A stretch of DNA of 54,744 bases, from NCBI GenBank assembly GCA_039680625.1, contig JBDKSN010000075.1, positions 1 to 54,744 of the forward strand. Direction: 5' to 3'. Source of the stretch: Anaerolineales bacterium. Its GTDB lineage: Bacteria; Chloroflexota; Anaerolineae; UBA1429. Made by a program: the position numbers and the translations under genes. Under the pieces are notes generated by a model. It ran no database searches. It worked only from the letters and a program-made list of their open reading frames with translations, and was not told the DNA's origin. Shown piece after piece: positions 52,815-54,744 of this stretch (positions are counted from its first letter, which is position 1; every line of letters begins with the position of its first letter).

Positions 52815-53741
52815 TCAATCACCCGGCTCGTCGTCATCGTCAAACAGATCGTCCAGCTCGCTCCAGGCCTGATCGAGCGGCACAAACGGGCGCTCGACGA
52901 AATCGGCCGCGATCGATTCAAGATAGGCCTTGACGCCGAGCTCGCTGTGCTTGGTATCGAGTTCTTCGACCTTGGCCACCCAGGCATCGATGAGCGCCTG
53001 CGCCCGTTGCTCCAGATCCGACAGATCTAGCCCCAAGCCAAACATATAATCGATGCGGCGCATGAGGTCATACCAGCTCTTCCAATCCTGCTCGACGCGC
53101 ATGGCTTGCACAGTGATGCCCATGCGGTTGAACTCGTAGGCTGGAGAGAAGGCATTCATGTCGATCATCTCGATGCCGCGCAACTCGGCCTGGTACACCA
53201 AATAGTTGCCGATCGTCGCGCCGCCCTCATAGTCCGAAAAGTGCACGGCATAGCGGCTCAGCTCTTGCCGCAAGCGCGGCAGGCTGTAAGAGCACGAGAT
53301 CTCGCGCTCTTTCTCAAAAGGCATGGCGCCATACACCCCACCTACGCTGACCACGCGCCGGGCATTGGCCGCATCGCACAAATCCAAGAAGGCATCGGCA
53401 TAGGCCTTCTCATGCAGGTGAGGCTCCTCGCCCAAGAAGATGAGCAAGCCCTTGTCGTCGATGTGGGTATACCACAGCTCATTGCGATGCTCAGCCATCG
53501 ACAGACAATGGCCGTTCTTGAGCTTGACCTCGGGCCGCATCAGGTGGTGCGAGCCAGGCAGCTGGAAAAGGTAGCAATCGTCGCAGCGTAGCTCGGCGAT
53601 GCGTCGCGCGCCCAGCTGCTCGATCAGGTAAGCGGGCAACCCCGACGAGTTCTCGCCCGCATCGGCCCATTGCTCCCACCCAGCGATCATATAGTTGTTC
53701 TGATTCTGCGGCCGCTCGTACATTCGGACCATATCGTTCAT
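52815..53741 (-). CDS. PAC2 (proteasome assembly chaperone 2-like) family protein
   Basis: 308 aa. NYMIAGWEQWADAGENSSGLPAYL and VSVGGVYGAMP fit the PAC2 pattern as I remember it. Confidence 0.65.
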   Translation of the reverse strand: MNDMVRMYERPQNQNNYMIAGWEQWADAGENSSGLPAYLIEQLGARRIAELRCDDCYLFQLPGSHHLMRPEVKLKNGHCLSMAEHRNELWYTHIDDKGLLIFLGEEPHLHEKAYADAFLDLCDAANARRVVSVGGVYGAMPFEKEREISCSYSLPRLRQELSRYAVHFSDYEGGATIGNYLVYQAELRGIEMIDMNAFSPAYEFNRMGITVQAMRVEQDWKSWYDLMRRIDYMFGLGLDLSDLEQRAQALIDAWVAKVEELDTKHSELGVKAYLESIAADFVERPFVPLDQAWSELDDLFDDDDEPGD

Positions 53742-53834
53742 TGCGCCGCACCTTTCTCTCGCGTGGATCGCTGCCGTATAATGGCAGTCAGTAGATTCAT
53801 ATTCTGCCTGTTCTCAGCTCGGGGGTCAAAACGC

Positions 53835-54744
53835 ATGCCGCCACAAGGGGATCAAGATATTCTCGCGCGCTTCCTGCCCCCGGTGGCCGCCTGGTTTCGC
53901 CAACGATATGGGGCGTTGACGCCGCCACAGCGCTTGGGCTGGCCGGCCATCGCCGCCGGCGAGCACACGCTGATCCTCTCGCCCACGGGTTCGGGCAAGA
54001 CCATGTCCGCCTTCCTCTGGGGCATCAACCTGGTGGCCCAAGACCTGCTCGACTATCCAGATTTGGAGGGCGTGCAGGTTCTATACATCAGCCCGCTCAA
54101 GGCGCTGAACAACGACATCGCGCGCAACCTGCGCGAGCCTCTGCACGGCATCCGCGAAACGGCCCACCAGATGGGCTATGTGCTGCCCGACATTCGCACT
54201 GCGGTGCGCACCGGAGACACCTCGGCGAGCGACCGTCGCAAGCTCGTCACTACCCCCCCACAGATCCTGATCACCACGCCTGAGTCGCTCTATCTCCTCC
54301 TCACCAGCCCACGCGCTCGAGAGATCCTGCGCACGGTGCATACGGTGATCGTGGATGAGATCCATACCCTTTGTGGCAACAAGCGTGGTGTGCATCTGGC
54401 GCTGACCCTCGAACGGCTGGGCCACCTGGCCGACAAACCCTTTCAACGGATCGGCCTCTCGGCCACGCAACGCCCGTTGGACGAGGTAGCGCGCTTCTTG
54501 GTGGGCCAGGAGTGGGCCGAGGACGAGGAAGGGCGTGAGCAGCTGGTCTCTCGGCCAGTGACCATCGTCGATGCGGGCACGCAAAAGGACCTCGACCTGG
54601 AAGTGCGCACCGTCGTGCCCGACCTGCGCAGACTGCCGGGCGGCTCGATCTGGCCGGCGCTTATCCCCGATGTGCTCACGAACATCCGTCGGCACCGCAC
54701 CACGCTCGTCTTTGCCAACAGCCGTCGGGGCGCCGAGCGCGCGG
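53835..54744 (+). CDS. lhr: Lhr-like ATP-dependent DEAD/DEAH-box helicase, N-terminal part (runs off the right edge)
   Basis: ATG 53835 gives MPPQGDQDILARFLPPVAAWFRQRYG.LTPPQRLGWPAI..GEHTLILSPTGSGKT...YISPLKALNNDI...TGDT...LITTPESL...VIVDEIH...IGLSATQRP. This frame has no stop before 54744. Confidence 0.85.
   Translation, partial: MPPQGDQDILARFLPPVAAWFRQRYGALTPPQRLGWPAIAAGEHTLILSPTGSGKTMSAFLWGINLVAQDLLDYPDLEGVQVLYISPLKALNNDIARNLREPLHGIRETAHQMGYVLPDIRTAVRTGDTSASDRRKLVTTPPQILITTPESLYLLLTSPRAREILRTVHTVIVDEIHTLCGNKRGVHLALTLERLGHLADKPFQRIGLSATQRPLDEVARFLVGQEWAEDEEGREQLVSRPVTIVDAGTQKDLDLEVRTVVPDLRRLPGGSIWPALIPDVLTNIRRHRTTLVFANSRRGAERA

Overview
GC-rich bacterial chromosomal segment (over 60% G+C by eye, not computed). 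Coding density is high and most genes have short gaps or ATGA/4-nt overlaps. Canonical TTGACA-17-TATAAT-type promoters are readable in many intergenic regions. The gene content (short HisG plus HisZ, T-box on pheST, PAC2 protein, DHH-CBS-CCA fusion enzyme) weakly suggests a Chloroflexota-like or other high-GC Terrabacteria genome. I support about 46 protein genes, 2 tRNAs (Pro-TGG, Gly-TCC), one T-box leader and several promoters and terminators. Left to right the window contains:
- the end of a sugar transferase gene;
- a secreted metallophosphoesterase split by an in-frame TGA, and two aminotransferases;
- ftsK, an S1-domain protein and two tRNAs;
- T-box-pheS-pheT;
- a complete hisZGDCBHAFIE operon plus a HAD phosphatase;
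- def, a thioesterase and ogt;
- a glycoside hydrolase/oxidoreductase/FAH hydrolase cluster next to a glycyl radical enzyme;
- yebC-ruvC-ruvA;
- three lysine-free polytopic membrane proteins;
- a BMP-type ABC transporter whose binding protein is fused to a second, unrelated binding protein;
- a CHAT protease-NTPase fusion;
- rpiA, an NCS2 nucleobase permease behind a promoter-terminator unit, and an AIR-synthase-like protein;
- a DHH-CBS-CCA enzyme, a PAC2 protein and the start of an Lhr helicase.
I found no rRNA, CRISPR array, transposase, integrase or prophage genes. The most interesting items are:
- the stand-alone CHAT-NTPase gene, a candidate conflict or cell-death module;
- the activase-less glycyl radical eliminase;
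- the lysine-free antiporter-like membrane trio;
- the dual substrate-binding-protein fusion;
- a Cys-Gly-TGA recoding-or-pseudogene site;
- a candidate His leader-peptide attenuator;
- an unclassified promoter-to-terminator RNA unit upstream of the nucleobase permease.
All family assignments come from motif recognition by eye. No database search was run.
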